Assembly: GCA_965216465.1 (NCBI GenBank)
Contig: CBDCFW010000006.1
Coordinates: 352,001 to 416,000 of the forward strand
Length of the DNA stretch: 64,000 nucleotides
Reading direction: 5' to 3'
DNA from: Bacteroidia bacterium
GTDB lineage: Bacteria > Bacteroidota > Bacteroidia > NS11-12g > UBA9320
Made by a program: the position numbers and the translations under genes. The notes below the pieces were generated by a model that was not told the origin of the DNA, did not search any database, and saw only the letters and a list, made by a program, of their open reading frames with translations. Below, piece by piece: positions 1 to 9,887 of the stretch. How positions within the stretch are numbered: the first letter of the stretch is position 1; each line of letters opens with the position of its first letter.

Positions 1-1
1 T

Positions 2-772
2 TTCTATCAGATAAACCACGAATTCAATTGGTTACTATTCTCAAATACGAATAAGTATCCTGCACTTATCAATAAACTATTAAACGATAGTTTTAAGGTT
101 GGTCCAACCCGTAGATACAAAAAGTGGGAAAAATATGAGCGTGGAATTGGTAAAAAACCAAGGATTAAAAAGTCTGCAAATGAAATTGCAAATGGGCTAC
201 TTTTCACTAAATACAATGGAGTAAATCTAACTGGTGACTTAAAAATTCAATATGGTGGTTTATTAACTGCGGCTACAGCAGGGTTTCGCTTTTCTACATT
301 AGATCTAACTCACCAGTCAGGACAAAAAATGGTTATCTCACGCCGAGACAATATTTACAAATACGGATGGCATTTTGAGGCTGGGGCAGCTCTTCAATAT
401 GTTCAGCATAATACGATGTTGGAAGGATTGGGCGTTTGGAATACCTATGAGAACGATTTATTTGACATTGACGAGGTAGACTTTCACACCTTTGGTGATA
501 TTGAAATGAATAGATTGCTTTGGATAGTTGATTGGAAATTAGTGCTGAGATGGAGAAAAATGAGTTTTCATTTTGAACAATTATATCATAAAATGGAATA
601 TTCCATTGAACCATATGATTTAAACTCCCCTTTTGTCACAAGCTTTGTCAATACGCTTGATGAAAAAAGAACTACTCATTATAACAATAAAATAAAAAAG
701 GAATATGGCTCACTTCAAGAATTGGGTTTTTATGGTTATGGCACTATAGGAATGACATGGATTATTGATTAA
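2..772 (+). CDS. C-terminal part of an outer-membrane beta-barrel protein, possibly lipid A deacylase LpxR/DUF2219 family (5' end outside the window)
   Basis: Frame 2 is open from base 2 through the track ORF 329..772, so the gene starts upstream of the window. YVQHNTMLEG and terminal YGYGTIGMTW resemble LpxR-family motifs. Confidence 0.5.
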   Translation, partial: FYQINHEFNWLLFSNTNKYPALINKLLNDSFKVGPTRRYKKWEKYERGIGKKPRIKKSANEIANGLLFTKYNGVNLTGDLKIQYGGLLTAATAGFRFSTLDLTHQSGQKMVISRRDNIYKYGWHFEAGAALQYVQHNTMLEGLGVWNTYENDLFDIDEVDFHTFGDIEMNRLLWIVDWKLVLRWRKMSFHFEQLYHKMEYSIEPYDLNSPFVTSFVNTLDEKRTTHYNNKIKKEYGSLQELGFYGYGTIGMTWIID

Positions 773-896
773 TAGAACACCAGAAATTTAGATTTCATCA
801 TAACCATCTTTGTAGGTAAAATAGCCTTTCCAGCGTTCAATAGATTCAGGTTTTTTCATTTCAATACTCAAAGTTATTCAATCTGCGTTTACTTTT

Positions 897-1442
897 ATGC
901 CCCATCTAATGAAGAATTCAGCATCCATAACCACAATAATTTTTGGGCTTATGTTCATTGTGGCTTGTGGCAATTTGCAATTCGCGAATCGCGAATCGGA
1001 TTACTGGTTTCTATATTACGACGAGGAGTATGATGTTAGCGGATATCTTGACACAGATAAACAAATTCAAATTGATTTTGGTGAGTATACAACCTGCTAC
1101 ACAGATACATTTAAACAGTACGCTATTGTATTGCATCATGACTATGGATTTATAGGCATTAATCGTAAACAGAAAATTTTATTTCGGGTTTATCCATTCG
1201 ACAACGGGCCAGATTATCCGCAAGAAGGCATGTTTAGAATTGTAGAAGATGGTAAAATAGGATATGTCAGAGCATCTGATGGCAAAATTGTAATTGCTCC
1301 AAAATATGCATGTGCCTACCCTTTTGAAGATGGGAAAGCAAAAGTTACTGATGAGTGTGAGGTCATTAAAGAAGGAGAACATTCTGTACCACAAAGCGAT
1401 AGCTGGTATTACATTGACCACAGGGGCAAAGCGGTAGAATAG
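897..1442 (+). CDS. WG-repeat lipoprotein
   Basis: Lipobox IVAC; motifs FDNGPDYPQEG, GKIGYV, IAPKYACAYPFEDGKAKV, WYYIDHRG. Confidence 0.8.
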   Translation: MPHLMKNSASITTIIFGLMFIVACGNLQFANRESDYWFLYYDEEYDVSGYLDTDKQIQIDFGEYTTCYTDTFKQYAIVLHHDYGFIGINRKQKILFRVYPFDNGPDYPQEGMFRIVEDGKIGYVRASDGKIVIAPKYACAYPFEDGKAKVTDECEVIKEGEHSVPQSDSWYYIDHRGKAVE

Positions 1443-1462
1443 CCAGCTTATTGGTAAAAAAG

Positions 1463-1687
1463 TTAGTTATTCTTTGAAGATTTTAGAGGGAAGAAAATCA
1501 CCCAAAGGGCCAAGATTAAAATTGTCGTTAACAGCCCAATCCCAACTCTCAAACCAGTAATATCTAGTTGACCCGGTTCAGGCGTCCCAAGGTTTATTAT
1601 CCACCAAAACCACTCGGCCAAAATAGCTAAAAATACCATCACCTTCTTGGGGCGAGGCCAACTTCTTATGGTTTTTATGGGTTTCAA
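1463..1687 (-). CDS. small two-TM membrane protein
   Basis: Two hydrophobic segments; overlaps the stop of the upstream gene by 4 bp. Confidence 0.55.
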   Translation of the reverse strand: MKPIKTIRSWPRPKKVMVFLAILAEWFWWIINLGTPEPGQLDITGLRVGIGLLTTILILALWVIFFPLKSSKNN

Positions 1688-2847
1688 AGTTTTACTATTC
1701 TTGATTGATAGCTTTTGCCATCTTCCACAAAACTAATTAGATAAACCCCTTCAGGTAAGTCTTTTATGTTGTATTTATTGGTTTCGTTTGGAACCAAGTT
1801 TTTAACAACTCTCCCTTGTAAGTCGGTGACTGTTATTGTTGAAATACTTGCGAAATTTTTCTTTATAGCAAACGATGATGTCGTAGGGTTAGGGTAAAGC
1901 ATTCCTGCACCTGAAGTCAATTCTTGAACACTAACCAAATCCTTTACTTCAACATTTAATGTGAAGGTATTCGACAAGTTCCCTGCGCTGTCTTTTGTTT
2001 GAAATACGGTTGAATATGAACCCTTTGCATTTACATTCACGTCATTTTGAATGATGTTTAAACTATCCCACAAGAATTCCTGTGAACAATGGTTATCTGA
2101 CAGTACAATGTGGTCACTATAGGTGTAAACAGAGTCTTTTTCTAGAACAATACTTGAGCCATCCAGTGCACTTATCACTGGGTGAATTGTATCGATTACG
2201 TATACCGTTCTTATCAAAGTAACTGAATTGTTAGTACTACACTTGTTTGGTGGTGTTTCTACATAGTAAGTAACTTGATATTCTCCTAATACCGATGTGT
2301 TTACAGCATTTGTAACTTGAACACGATTTGTTAGGTCGCCATAGGTCTCGTCTAGGGCAGTAAACGAAGAAGGGGTAAATGATGAATCTACCTGAACATA
2401 GGCTGTATCACGGTTAGACAACGTAATAATAGGTGGAGTATTGTCGCTCACTACATAAATCACACGAGTTACTGTATCAGAAATATTTCCATCCGAATCC
2501 GCAGCAACGTATTTCAGGTAATGGGTCCCTAAATACCGAGTGTCAATATTCGCTCCGAACACCAATAGACTTGAAGTTACATCTCCATCACAACTATCAT
2601 ATGCCGTAGCTCCAGGGTCAACAAAAGTTAGAGTCACTTCAATACACATTGTATCACTTCCATTCAATGTAATTACAGGTGGAATGGTGTCATTCGCACA
2701 ATAGGTCTTAGTCGTTTTGTGAGTTTCTGGATTAATGGCCGAGACAATTGGGCTCAACGAAACGAGAATCAATAGCAGAAGCCAATTCTGAGATAGAGTG
2801 ATTCGATTCATTATTGAATTAGACCCCTCAATGTGAAATGGTTGCAA
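1684..2847 (-). CDS. DUF5011/HYR-like Ig-repeat protein with T9SS type A CTD (start probably downstream, at MNRITL)
   Basis: Three DTxPPVITL..G..DPGATAYD-type repeats; C-terminal LYPNPT...GVYLI...RIVKL. Confidence 0.85.
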   Translation of the reverse strand: MQPFHIEGSNSIMNRITLSQNWLLLLILVSLSPIVSAINPETHKTTKTYCANDTIPPVITLNGSDTMCIEVTLTFVDPGATAYDSCDGDVTSSLLVFGANIDTRYLGTHYLKYVAADSDGNISDTVTRVIYVVSDNTPPIITLSNRDTAYVQVDSSFTPSSFTALDETYGDLTNRVQVTNAVNTSVLGEYQVTYYVETPPNKCSTNNSVTLIRTVYVIDTIHPVISALDGSSIVLEKDSVYTYSDHIVLSDNHCSQEFLWDSLNIIQNDVNVNAKGSYSTVFQTKDSAGNLSNTFTLNVEVKDLVSVQELTSGAGMLYPNPTTSSFAIKKNFASISTITVTDLQGRVVKNLVPNETNKYNIKDLPEGVYLISFVEDGKSYQSRIVKL

Positions 2848-2853
2848 GAATAA

Positions 2854-3063
2854 TTACAATGCCTTCAATATCTTTTGTGCGTCTTCCTGCTTATCCGACT
2901 CAACAAACAATTCGACACTGTTTTGCGGTACTGCGAATCCAGCCATTAAGGCTGAGTCGACATTGTTTTTTAAGAATACTGAAATTCCATCTTCTTCTAA
3001 AATGGAAGCAAGACGTTGAGCTTCTATCAGCTCTCCTACAAATATTTTGATAAGGTTGTTCAT
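2854..3063 (-). CDS. DUF2007 putative signal-transducing protein
   Basis: IEAQRLASILEEDGI...VELFV...EDAQKIL pattern. Confidence 0.75.
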   Translation of the reverse strand: MNNLIKIFVGELIEAQRLASILEEDGISVFLKNNVDSALMAGFAVPQNSVELFVESDKQEDAQKILKAL

Positions 3064-3283
3064 GGCTGACTATAAAGTTAACACTTATTCTTCGAATGTG
3101 GCTAGCCTATAGTCTAATTGAATCGTTTCGACGATGAATTTACACTTCGTTCGCTACATCTTTTAATAGATTACTACCAGGTGGTATGCTTTTCTGCGTG
3201 TTTATTCAGAACCTGCATAAATTAGGACTTCCATTTTTTGAGAATCTAACGTTTTGGAATAATTCTTGTCAATATTGTAATCG

Positions 3284-3880
3284 ATGCAACACAAATTATC
3301 CATCATACTCGCAAAACCAAAAGCCCGTATTCCTTTTCTCACAATCGCGGTGTTTATATTTCTATTCGGACATGCTCAAAATCCAGGTAAAATTGGATCT
3401 ACTAAAAACTATATCGGAATTCAACCTTCCTTTTTGATGGAACCCTACGACACCATCGATGCTCTTGAAGTCAATATTCTACCTTTGGTATTTGAACATC
3501 GCTTCGATTCAACTTCAGGAATTCAATTCAGAACGATTGTGAACTACCGCTTTTTAGAAGGTGGTTCTGGAATAAGCCAAACTGGAATGTTTGTTGGCTT
3601 CAACAAATACACCAACTTAATCTGGGGAACTGACTGGCTGGATTTTCGCTATGCACCTTTTACTACTTATGCGTACAATCAACTTGACAAAATCCACACT
3701 GTAACTTTGGGAATAGAACCGGGATTCAGGATGAGAACCAAAAGCAGATTTAGCTTAGACGTTGCAGTACAACCGGGCATCAATTACTATCCGGATAAAT
3801 TTTCAAGAGATTTTGTAGAGACAGAATCAGGATTCAAATCCCACTTTGGAATTATGTTTCATGCAGGGGTCAATTTTTAG
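3284..3880 (+). CDS. outer-membrane beta-barrel protein
   Basis: Signal peptide, amphipathic strands, terminal AGVNF. Confidence 0.65.
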   Translation: MQHKLSIILAKPKARIPFLTIAVFIFLFGHAQNPGKIGSTKNYIGIQPSFLMEPYDTIDALEVNILPLVFEHRFDSTSGIQFRTIVNYRFLEGGSGISQTGMFVGFNKYTNLIWGTDWLDFRYAPFTTYAYNQLDKIHTVTLGIEPGFRMRTKSRFSLDVAVQPGINYYPDKFSRDFVETESGFKSHFGIMFHAGVNF

Positions 3881-3885
3881 TGTAT

Positions 3886-4569
3886 CTATTCGACGTTCAG
3901 TGGTAAAACAAATTGACATCTAACGGACTTACCATAATGCTGAGCAGGTGTAAAATTTGGCAGTGTTCGAATAGCTTCAAGTATGGTCTCATTTGCATCT
4001 TTGTTTGAACTTTTGTGCATCTCAACATTTGAAACAGAACCATCCACCTCCACCACAAATGATACTTGATATTCTCCCACATTAGACTTCTGAGTTGACA
4101 ACGACTCATCTAAAGAGGCTTTTAGCTGGTCATCTCCTCCAATAAAACTTGGCATCGAATCGACAATTTGAAAAACAAATCCGGAATCAATTTTTTCCTG
4201 AAGATTGGCCATAAATTGTTTTTCAGCTTCCCCCTGGGCCCGTGCCATTACATCGGCACCAAATTTCTGCTCGACAAGTTCATTCATTTTCTTTGCATAG
4301 CACTTCGTTCCTTCACTTGTTTCGCAGCCAGCATTGGTAACATCTATGGAATAGGTCTGGAGCATGTAGTCTTCATAAAACTTTTGAAACTCCCAGTCGA
4401 GGCGGATCATCAATCCATAAGAATGCAATTTATAGACACCATTGCTAGCGTCTTTTATTGCTTGATTCTGAGCCTCTTCGCAGGTTGAATCAAGAATAGT
4501 TTTCTCTACTTCTGATGAGGAATTGCAGGAGAACAGAACTAGACAAAAGAGTACAAGATTGAGTTTCAT
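3886..4569 (-). CDS. lipoprotein with TonB C-terminal domain
   Basis: Lipobox LFSC; MPSFIGG...VSFVVEVDGSV...PAQHYGKSVRCQFVLP. Confidence 0.8.
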   Translation of the reverse strand: MKLNLVLFCLVLFSCNSSSEVEKTILDSTCEEAQNQAIKDASNGVYKLHSYGLMIRLDWEFQKFYEDYMLQTYSIDVTNAGCETSEGTKCYAKKMNELVEQKFGADVMARAQGEAEKQFMANLQEKIDSGFVFQIVDSMPSFIGGDDQLKASLDESLSTQKSNVGEYQVSFVVEVDGSVSNVEMHKSSNKDANETILEAIRTLPNFTPAQHYGKSVRCQFVLPLNVE

Positions 4570-4789
4570 TTATACAAAAAACGATAGAAATGCCAAAATA
4601 GTTCGACGTTTGAGACTATGAATGCAAAATTGTAAGGTTAAGCTTAGCAGACAACATAAATATTTTACTGGCGTTATATTGTAGATAAGTTGAGTTATGA
4701 AAGCCTACGGATATGTCTTGATCTAGATCGTATCACTATTGCAATCCAAATAGCTGTTAGTAAATTCGGAAGACAAAAAAAATTGAACT

Positions 4790-5644
4790 ATGAAACGAAG
4801 ATTGATCTTTAAAACATTCTTGTTTTTAGCTTTATTTCCTGCTTTGGATACCTATGCCACGGCCCAATTCGGAGATCTGTTGGTTGATGGCAAAGACACT
4901 TTCTTGCTTTATTGCAATCCACTAGAGTCGTACCTAGATACCAAATATGAGCGTGCGATAGGTGGTGTAGAATTAACTCCATCAAGCACGGCCTGCAATC
5001 GAGGATATCAGGCAACCTGGGAGCTGAGAAACGATAGTTTGTTCCTCGTTGAATTGATGCAGGGTTGCTATACTTCTAAAACAGATACTCCGCATTTCAT
5101 TAACCTCGCGGAGGAGTTTGGAAGCAACATTGTTTTTGCAAAATGGTTTAGTGGAAGCTTATACAGTCCGCGAGGCGGTATCTTGCGTTATATTCACGCA
5201 GGCTATGCATCCATTTATGAAAGGGAAAAATATTATCACCTGAAAAATGGAAGCGTTGACTTATCGTACTTACATCACAATATCATTTACGAAGAAGGAA
5301 AAATTAGACCCTCGCAATTTGCCTTGTCTGACACATTAGAGCTGTTGATAATCAACAATTTAGACACTTCACTATTTTCTCAATTCGAGGACAAAGAACT
5401 CTGTAATTTAACCATCTTTTTTACCGCAAAAGGAGAACTTGACACCGTCTTGCAGACTTACGCTTTTGACGGGACTACCAACTTTGAAACAATCATGTAT
5501 AAAGCGACACATGCAGTACTTGCTAATTTCCCGCCGCTTATGAGAATTAAGCACGAAAGCATCGATCGAATTATTACGACCCTATCATTTAGTTCGCATT
5601 GCATTATGTATCCCGAAGATTATGAATATGGCTGCGGTAGGTGA
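4790..5644 (+). CDS. secreted hypothetical protein
   Basis: Signal peptide; TAQFGD...STACNRGYQATWEL motif recalled from Bacteroidota hypotheticals. Confidence 0.7.
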   Translation: MKRRLIFKTFLFLALFPALDTYATAQFGDLLVDGKDTFLLYCNPLESYLDTKYERAIGGVELTPSSTACNRGYQATWELRNDSLFLVELMQGCYTSKTDTPHFINLAEEFGSNIVFAKWFSGSLYSPRGGILRYIHAGYASIYEREKYYHLKNGSVDLSYLHHNIIYEEGKIRPSQFALSDTLELLIINNLDTSLFSQFEDKELCNLTIFFTAKGELDTVLQTYAFDGTTNFETIMYKATHAVLANFPPLMRIKHESIDRIITTLSFSSHCIMYPEDYEYGCGR

Positions 5645-5724
5645 AGTGCTCGGACAAATTCTTTGGTATGCGGCAAATCTGAAATGTCGTAGGGATTATA
5701 CCAAAAACTCATTCCAGAAAATTT

Positions 5725-6072
5725 TTGAAATATATTAGTCGCTTGGAACCTTTTGTCTACAATTTTGTCGCTCCATATTTTAAACATCATTGGAGCAGTT
5801 ATTTTTATATAGATCGCCAACAGTTCTACTATAAATTAACTCTACATTCAGATTATCTTGAGGTAAAATCGTACCTAATAGTTTTGCGATTTTTTTGGCC
5901 GATTCGTAAAAAAGAGGCGACAATTAATTATAACGATATTGTAGACGTTGACATCAAGAAAAAAGAGGTGAAGATCAGGTTTCGATATAATGGCAAGATC
6001 TTAACTTACGTAATCTACCACTACGATGGCCAGAAGATTTATGAGTTCTTGCAGAAGGCATGTCAACCGTAG
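5725..6072 (+). CDS. hypothetical protein (possible PH-like fold; start uncertain)
   Basis: 115-aa ORF in a co-oriented run; TTG start. Confidence 0.45.
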   Translation: MKYISRLEPFVYNFVAPYFKHHWSSYFYIDRQQFYYKLTLHSDYLEVKSYLIVLRFFWPIRKKEATINYNDIVDVDIKKKEVKIRFRYNGKILTYVIYHYDGQKIYEFLQKACQP

Positions 6073-6136
6073 ACGTGAGCGTTTAACCATGTTAGAAGTG
6101 AAATATTCATCTGCTTTAATACGTTTTTCATTTACA

Positions 6137-6691
6137 ATGAAACTCTTCATCATAAGCTACCTTTTAATGCTTGGACTAACAGTAGAGGCTCAAAACTTTG
6201 CGAAACTACAAGCCGAAATTAACGATGTAAAAGACAGTGTTGATGCCAGTCGCAATTATACTCGAGTTGATTCAAATAGGCGAATCATTTTCGAAGTGGA
6301 ATTTGACCGATTGATGGCTCCGACTTACTATTCCAAGTCTTTTGGTGACGAACAACATGTGATCCGTATTTACTTCCACAACAATGAGATTACAAACTTT
6401 TGGATCACAAAAACACCTTATCAGTCTGACGGCAGATATTTGGAAAGACCATCTGTGCTCTACTCATGCTTAAGGTATAAAAACACCTTTAAAACAACAA
6501 CTTCGTTCCGTAATAATAAGCAATTTATCCAACTCCAATCTGAATTCAAAGAAGGCCTTTTTGGTCGGGTAGTAGCAAAAACATCGATGTATCAGAATCA
6601 CGAAAAGGTAAAGCGAATTGCTCGCTCTCGAGAAAAACACAGCCTCAGTTTTGAGTACTTTTTGAATGAGCTGGAATATGACATCTGGTGA
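6137..6691 (+). CDS. secreted hypothetical protein
   Basis: Track ORF 6026..6691; signal peptide MKLFIISYLLMLGLTVEAQ suggests a start at ~6137. Confidence 0.6.
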   Translation: MKLFIISYLLMLGLTVEAQNFAKLQAEINDVKDSVDASRNYTRVDSNRRIIFEVEFDRLMAPTYYSKSFGDEQHVIRIYFHNNEITNFWITKTPYQSDGRYLERPSVLYSCLRYKNTFKTTTSFRNNKQFIQLQSEFKEGLFGRVVAKTSMYQNHEKVKRIARSREKHSLSFEYFLNELEYDIW

Positions 6692-6732
6692 CAAAGCATT
6701 CTTTTTCGATTTATTTTTGACAAGCTAGAAAG

Positions 6733-7023
6733 ATTAAGAAAACAATTGTCATAAACGGAACAAAGATTCATGATGAAGCCTCTTTTTATGATGAAATTGA
6801 ACGCGTACTGACACAAAATCTGAAGTTTACCACTGCTCATAACTTGAATGCATTCAATGATTTATTGTGGGGAGGACATGGAGTACATGAATACGAAGAA
6901 GCCATAGTATTAATCTGGAAAGACTTCGAACATTCTCGATCAAAGTTGGAAAAAGACTTTGTTGAAGCTGCGGTGCAAATTATTGAATCACATAAGCATA
7001 TCTCATTTCGAACCGTTGACTAG
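6733..7023 (+). CDS. barstar-family ribonuclease inhibitor-like protein (ATT start or lost ATG)
   Basis: Hand translation: IKKTIVINGTKIHDEASFYDEIERVL...HNLNAFNDLLWGGHG...IVLIWKDFEHSRSKL...AVQIIESH. NLxAxxDxL and LIW are barstar hallmarks. Not in the ORF track. Confidence 0.75.
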   Translation: MKKTIVINGTKIHDEASFYDEIERVLTQNLKFTTAHNLNAFNDLLWGGHGVHEYEEAIVLIWKDFEHSRSKLEKDFVEAAVQIIESHKHISFRTVD

Positions 7024-7084
7024 AGGTATAAATATTGAGAGATCGCCACAGTAATTCGAAATAAAATCTTGGCGCAATTTTACT

Positions 7085-7103
7085 TAATGTTATTTTTACA
7101 CAA
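7085..7103. promoter_or_regulatory. putative NrtR operator (autoregulatory)
   Basis: TAATGT-TATTTTT-ACACAA, GT-N7-AC core, 9 bp before the nrtR ATG. Confidence 0.6.
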
Positions 7104-7112
7104 AATAAGAGA

Positions 7113-7796
7113 ATGACCGACAGGCAAAGAATAGATCTCACTGTGGATGCCGTAGTTTTTGGCTACGATCCAAGTGATGGTATATCCGTATTACTTATCA
7201 AGCGAAAATATGAGCCTTTTAAAGGAGAATGGGCTATTCCAGGTGGATTTGTTGCGAACGATGAATCGTTAGAACTAGCGGTTGAACGTGAGCTAAAAGA
7301 AGAAACCGGAATTCAAGTCAACTATTTGGAACAGCTTTACACCTTTGGCGAACCTTTCCGCGACCCAAGGAAAAGAGTTGTGACTGTAGCTTACTATGGA
7401 TTGGTAAAGTCATCCGCTTTTACGATACATGCCTCATCCGACGCTGAAGATGCTCAATGGTTCAATATTGCTAGCCTTCCTAAACTAGCATTTGATCACG
7501 TAGAGATTCTAAACATGGCTTTTGCTCGACTAAGAAGTAAAATATCTTACGAACCGATTGGCTTTGAATTATTGGACGAAAAGTTTCCGTTCTCTGAATT
7601 GCACAAGCTCTACGAAACCCTATACGGCACTGCAATTGACCGAAGAAACTTCAAGAAGAAATTTCTAAAACTCGGCATACTAAAAGAGCATAGCGAAAAG
7701 AATTCTGTTGGCCGAGGTAGACCAGGAATTATCTACAGCTTTGATCAAAAACAATATTTTAAACTTAAAAAGCAGGGAATCGTTTTTGCTATATAG
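7113..7796 (+). CDS. nrtR: NrtR-family Nudix/winged-helix transcriptional regulator
   Basis: Intact Nudix box GFVANDESLELAVERELKEETGI; LEQLYTFG, RDPR, LAFDH; C-terminal DRRNFKKK...GRP wHTH. Confidence 0.92.
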   Translation: MTDRQRIDLTVDAVVFGYDPSDGISVLLIKRKYEPFKGEWAIPGGFVANDESLELAVERELKEETGIQVNYLEQLYTFGEPFRDPRKRVVTVAYYGLVKSSAFTIHASSDAEDAQWFNIASLPKLAFDHVEILNMAFARLRSKISYEPIGFELLDEKFPFSELHKLYETLYGTAIDRRNFKKKFLKLGILKEHSEKNSVGRGRPGIIYSFDQKQYFKLKKQGIVFAI

Positions 7797-7835
7797 CAAA
7801 TTTTTCTTCCTGTAAATCAGGACACTACATTCTTT

Positions 7836-7854
7836 TTGTGTATTTTTTACACAT
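7836..7854. promoter_or_regulatory. putative NrtR operator 1 upstream of nrtX
   Basis: TTGTGT-ATTTTTT-ACACAT palindrome (TGTGT-N7-ACACA). Confidence 0.75.
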
Positions 7855-7883
7855 ATTATTTGTTTGTTCAAATCGTGTGCTTT

Positions 7884-7907
7884 TATATTTGTGTACACTT
7901 TACACAT
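7884..7907 (+). promoter_or_regulatory. Bacteroidota -7 promoter box overlapped by putative NrtR operator 2
   Basis: TATATTTG at 7884-7891 with TTTG 21 bp upstream at 7859-7862; TTGTGT-ACACTTT-ACACAT at 7889-7907, 53 bp from operator 1. Confidence 0.75.
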
Positions 7908-7933
7908 ATTAAGTGTAATAAAAAATAAAAGTC

Positions 7934-8953
7934 ATGTTAGGATTTAATTATATCAAATTCGATTCAATGGATTACGTAATCCAATATCGAAACGGAAAAG
8001 TCAGAAGAAAAGGAAATGGACTGTCTTTTTTCTATTTCACTGCAAACAGTAGTTTAGTCAGCATTCCAGTTAAGAATATTGACCTCCCATTCATATTCGA
8101 AGAAATCACTTCCGATTTTCAAGACGTAACCGTACAGGGTCAACTTACCTTCAAAATCACCGATCCAGACCTTTTAAGTACACAAATGGATTTCACCGTT
8201 GACCATTACCGCAGACGCGTAACTGATGACATGGAAAAGCTTAGACAGCGATTGGTGAATGAAGCCCAAGCCTCAATTGCGGGTTTCGTTAACTCAATTA
8301 AAGTGACCGAGGTGTTAAGTAAACAGGCCGAAATTGGGCTAGAGCTGTCTAAAGAACTTACATCAAATCAACAAATTAAAGATCTTGGAATTAGTATTCT
8401 TGGCGTAAACATTATTCGTGTTAAAGCCACACCTGAAACTGCTCGTGCTTTAGAGGCTAAAACACGAGAAGCTATTCAACAAGAGGCAGACGAAGCCATC
8501 TATGGTCGTAGAAACTTTGCTGTTGAGCAAGAGCGCAAGATCAAAGAGAGTGAGCTAAACACCGAAATAGCGGTTGAAGAGAAGAACAAACAAATCGTTG
8601 AAAAGAAGATGCAAACCGATCTTGTTAAACATGAAAATGATCGCAAGCTCAAAGAGATGGAAGTCGAGGCTGCAATTTCTGTAGAGGAAAAGAATAAAGA
8701 TTTGGTTGACATGAAGACAGCAAACGACAAAAAAGAAGCAGATGCCCAAGCCTACCTTCTTGATGCAGTGATGAAGGTCTACAAAAATGTGGACTGGAAG
8801 ATTCTTTCTGCCTTGCAAGGCCAAGATAACAGTGCTGCATCGAATATCGCTTTGGCATTTCGTGAGTTGGCTGCCAACTCAGATAAAATCGGTACATTGA
8901 ATATTACCCCTGATCTATTGGATAGTTTATTGATTAAAACTGAGGAGAAATGA
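7934..8953 (+). CDS. nrtX: SPFH/band-7 domain protein (NrtX-type)
   Basis: SPFH N-terminus (GLSFFYF, TSDFQDVTVQGQ) and coiled coil RRNFAVEQERKIKESELNTEI; follows nrtR. Confidence 0.85.
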   Translation: MLGFNYIKFDSMDYVIQYRNGKVRRKGNGLSFFYFTANSSLVSIPVKNIDLPFIFEEITSDFQDVTVQGQLTFKITDPDLLSTQMDFTVDHYRRRVTDDMEKLRQRLVNEAQASIAGFVNSIKVTEVLSKQAEIGLELSKELTSNQQIKDLGISILGVNIIRVKATPETARALEAKTREAIQQEADEAIYGRRNFAVEQERKIKESELNTEIAVEEKNKQIVEKKMQTDLVKHENDRKLKEMEVEAAISVEEKNKDLVDMKTANDKKEADAQAYLLDAVMKVYKNVDWKILSALQGQDNSAASNIALAFRELAANSDKIGTLNITPDLLDSLLIKTEEK

Positions 8954-9873
8954 AATTCGACAAGGCAATCATAGTGAGATCAAAAACACGATTGGAACAG
9001 CTCATCGAGCGTTTTAATACGAAGGCTCAGGCCGAATTCTACATCGAACGTTCAGGTGGTGAATTCCGCATCTATGAGCAAGAACACTTGAAATTCTATG
9101 CTGTTCTTAACCAACTCATCAAATTGGTTTCGGTCTTTGACTCCTATAAAATTCTGGATCGAAAGTTTGTTCACTCCTATGTTTTTGCCGACAACGATTT
9201 AATCATTGTATTAGGTCAGGATGGCTTGGTGGCCAATACGGCCAAGTATGTTCTTGGAAGACCAATAGTTGCCATCAACCCTGACCCTAATACCTACGAT
9301 GGGATTCTTCTCCCATATACTATCGACCGGTTTGAAAAATCATTAAACCGCATTAAAAAAGGGAAGCATCAAACTAAAAAAATTACGATGGCCAAGGCCG
9401 AATTTAGCGATGGACAAAGCTTATTGGCATTCAATGACTTTTTCATTGGTCCTAGAACTCACGTTTCTGCCCGATATAGATTAAAAGTAAATGGCAGAGA
9501 AGAATTGCAAAGTTCGAGTGGAATACTGATTTCAACGGGAGCGGGAAGTACTGGATGGATGAGTTCCGTATTCAACATGGTTAACGGAATAAACCGCTAT
9601 CACTCCCATTCGTTTGATGAAGTTGAAAATAGAATTCAATGGGAAACCAATAAGCTTTTGTTTGCCGTTCGAGAGCCCTTTTTAAGCAAGACTTCTTCCA
9701 TTTCACTCTGTTTTGGAGAAATCAAATCAGGCGAGCATTTAGAAATTGAAAGTCAAATGCCCGAAAATGGCATTGTATTTAGTGACGGCATTGAAGCCGA
9801 TGCCATACGATTTACAACAGGAACGTCGGTAAAAATTGGTGTGGCACAAGAGACCGCAAATTTAGTAACCTAA
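8950..9873 (+). CDS. nrtY: NAD-kinase-fold protein (NrtY-type)
   Basis: LGQDGLVANTAKY (GGDG variant), AFND, SSSG, STGAGSTGW; ATGA-coupled to nrtX. Confidence 0.85.
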   Translation: MKFDKAIIVRSKTRLEQLIERFNTKAQAEFYIERSGGEFRIYEQEHLKFYAVLNQLIKLVSVFDSYKILDRKFVHSYVFADNDLIIVLGQDGLVANTAKYVLGRPIVAINPDPNTYDGILLPYTIDRFEKSLNRIKKGKHQTKKITMAKAEFSDGQSLLAFNDFFIGPRTHVSARYRLKVNGREELQSSSGILISTGAGSTGWMSSVFNMVNGINRYHSHSFDEVENRIQWETNKLLFAVREPFLSKTSSISLCFGEIKSGEHLEIESQMPENGIVFSDGIEADAIRFTTGTSVKIGVAQETANLVT

Positions 9874-9887
9874 AAAATTGGCTTGTC

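Noticed and set aside
329-772. stand-alone 147-aa gene as given in the ORF track
   Set aside because: The frame is open back to base 2, so it is the tail of a longer gene
7808-7827. additional NrtR site TGTAAATCAGGACA
   Set aside because: Spacing is GT-N8-AC rather than N7 and the flanks match poorly
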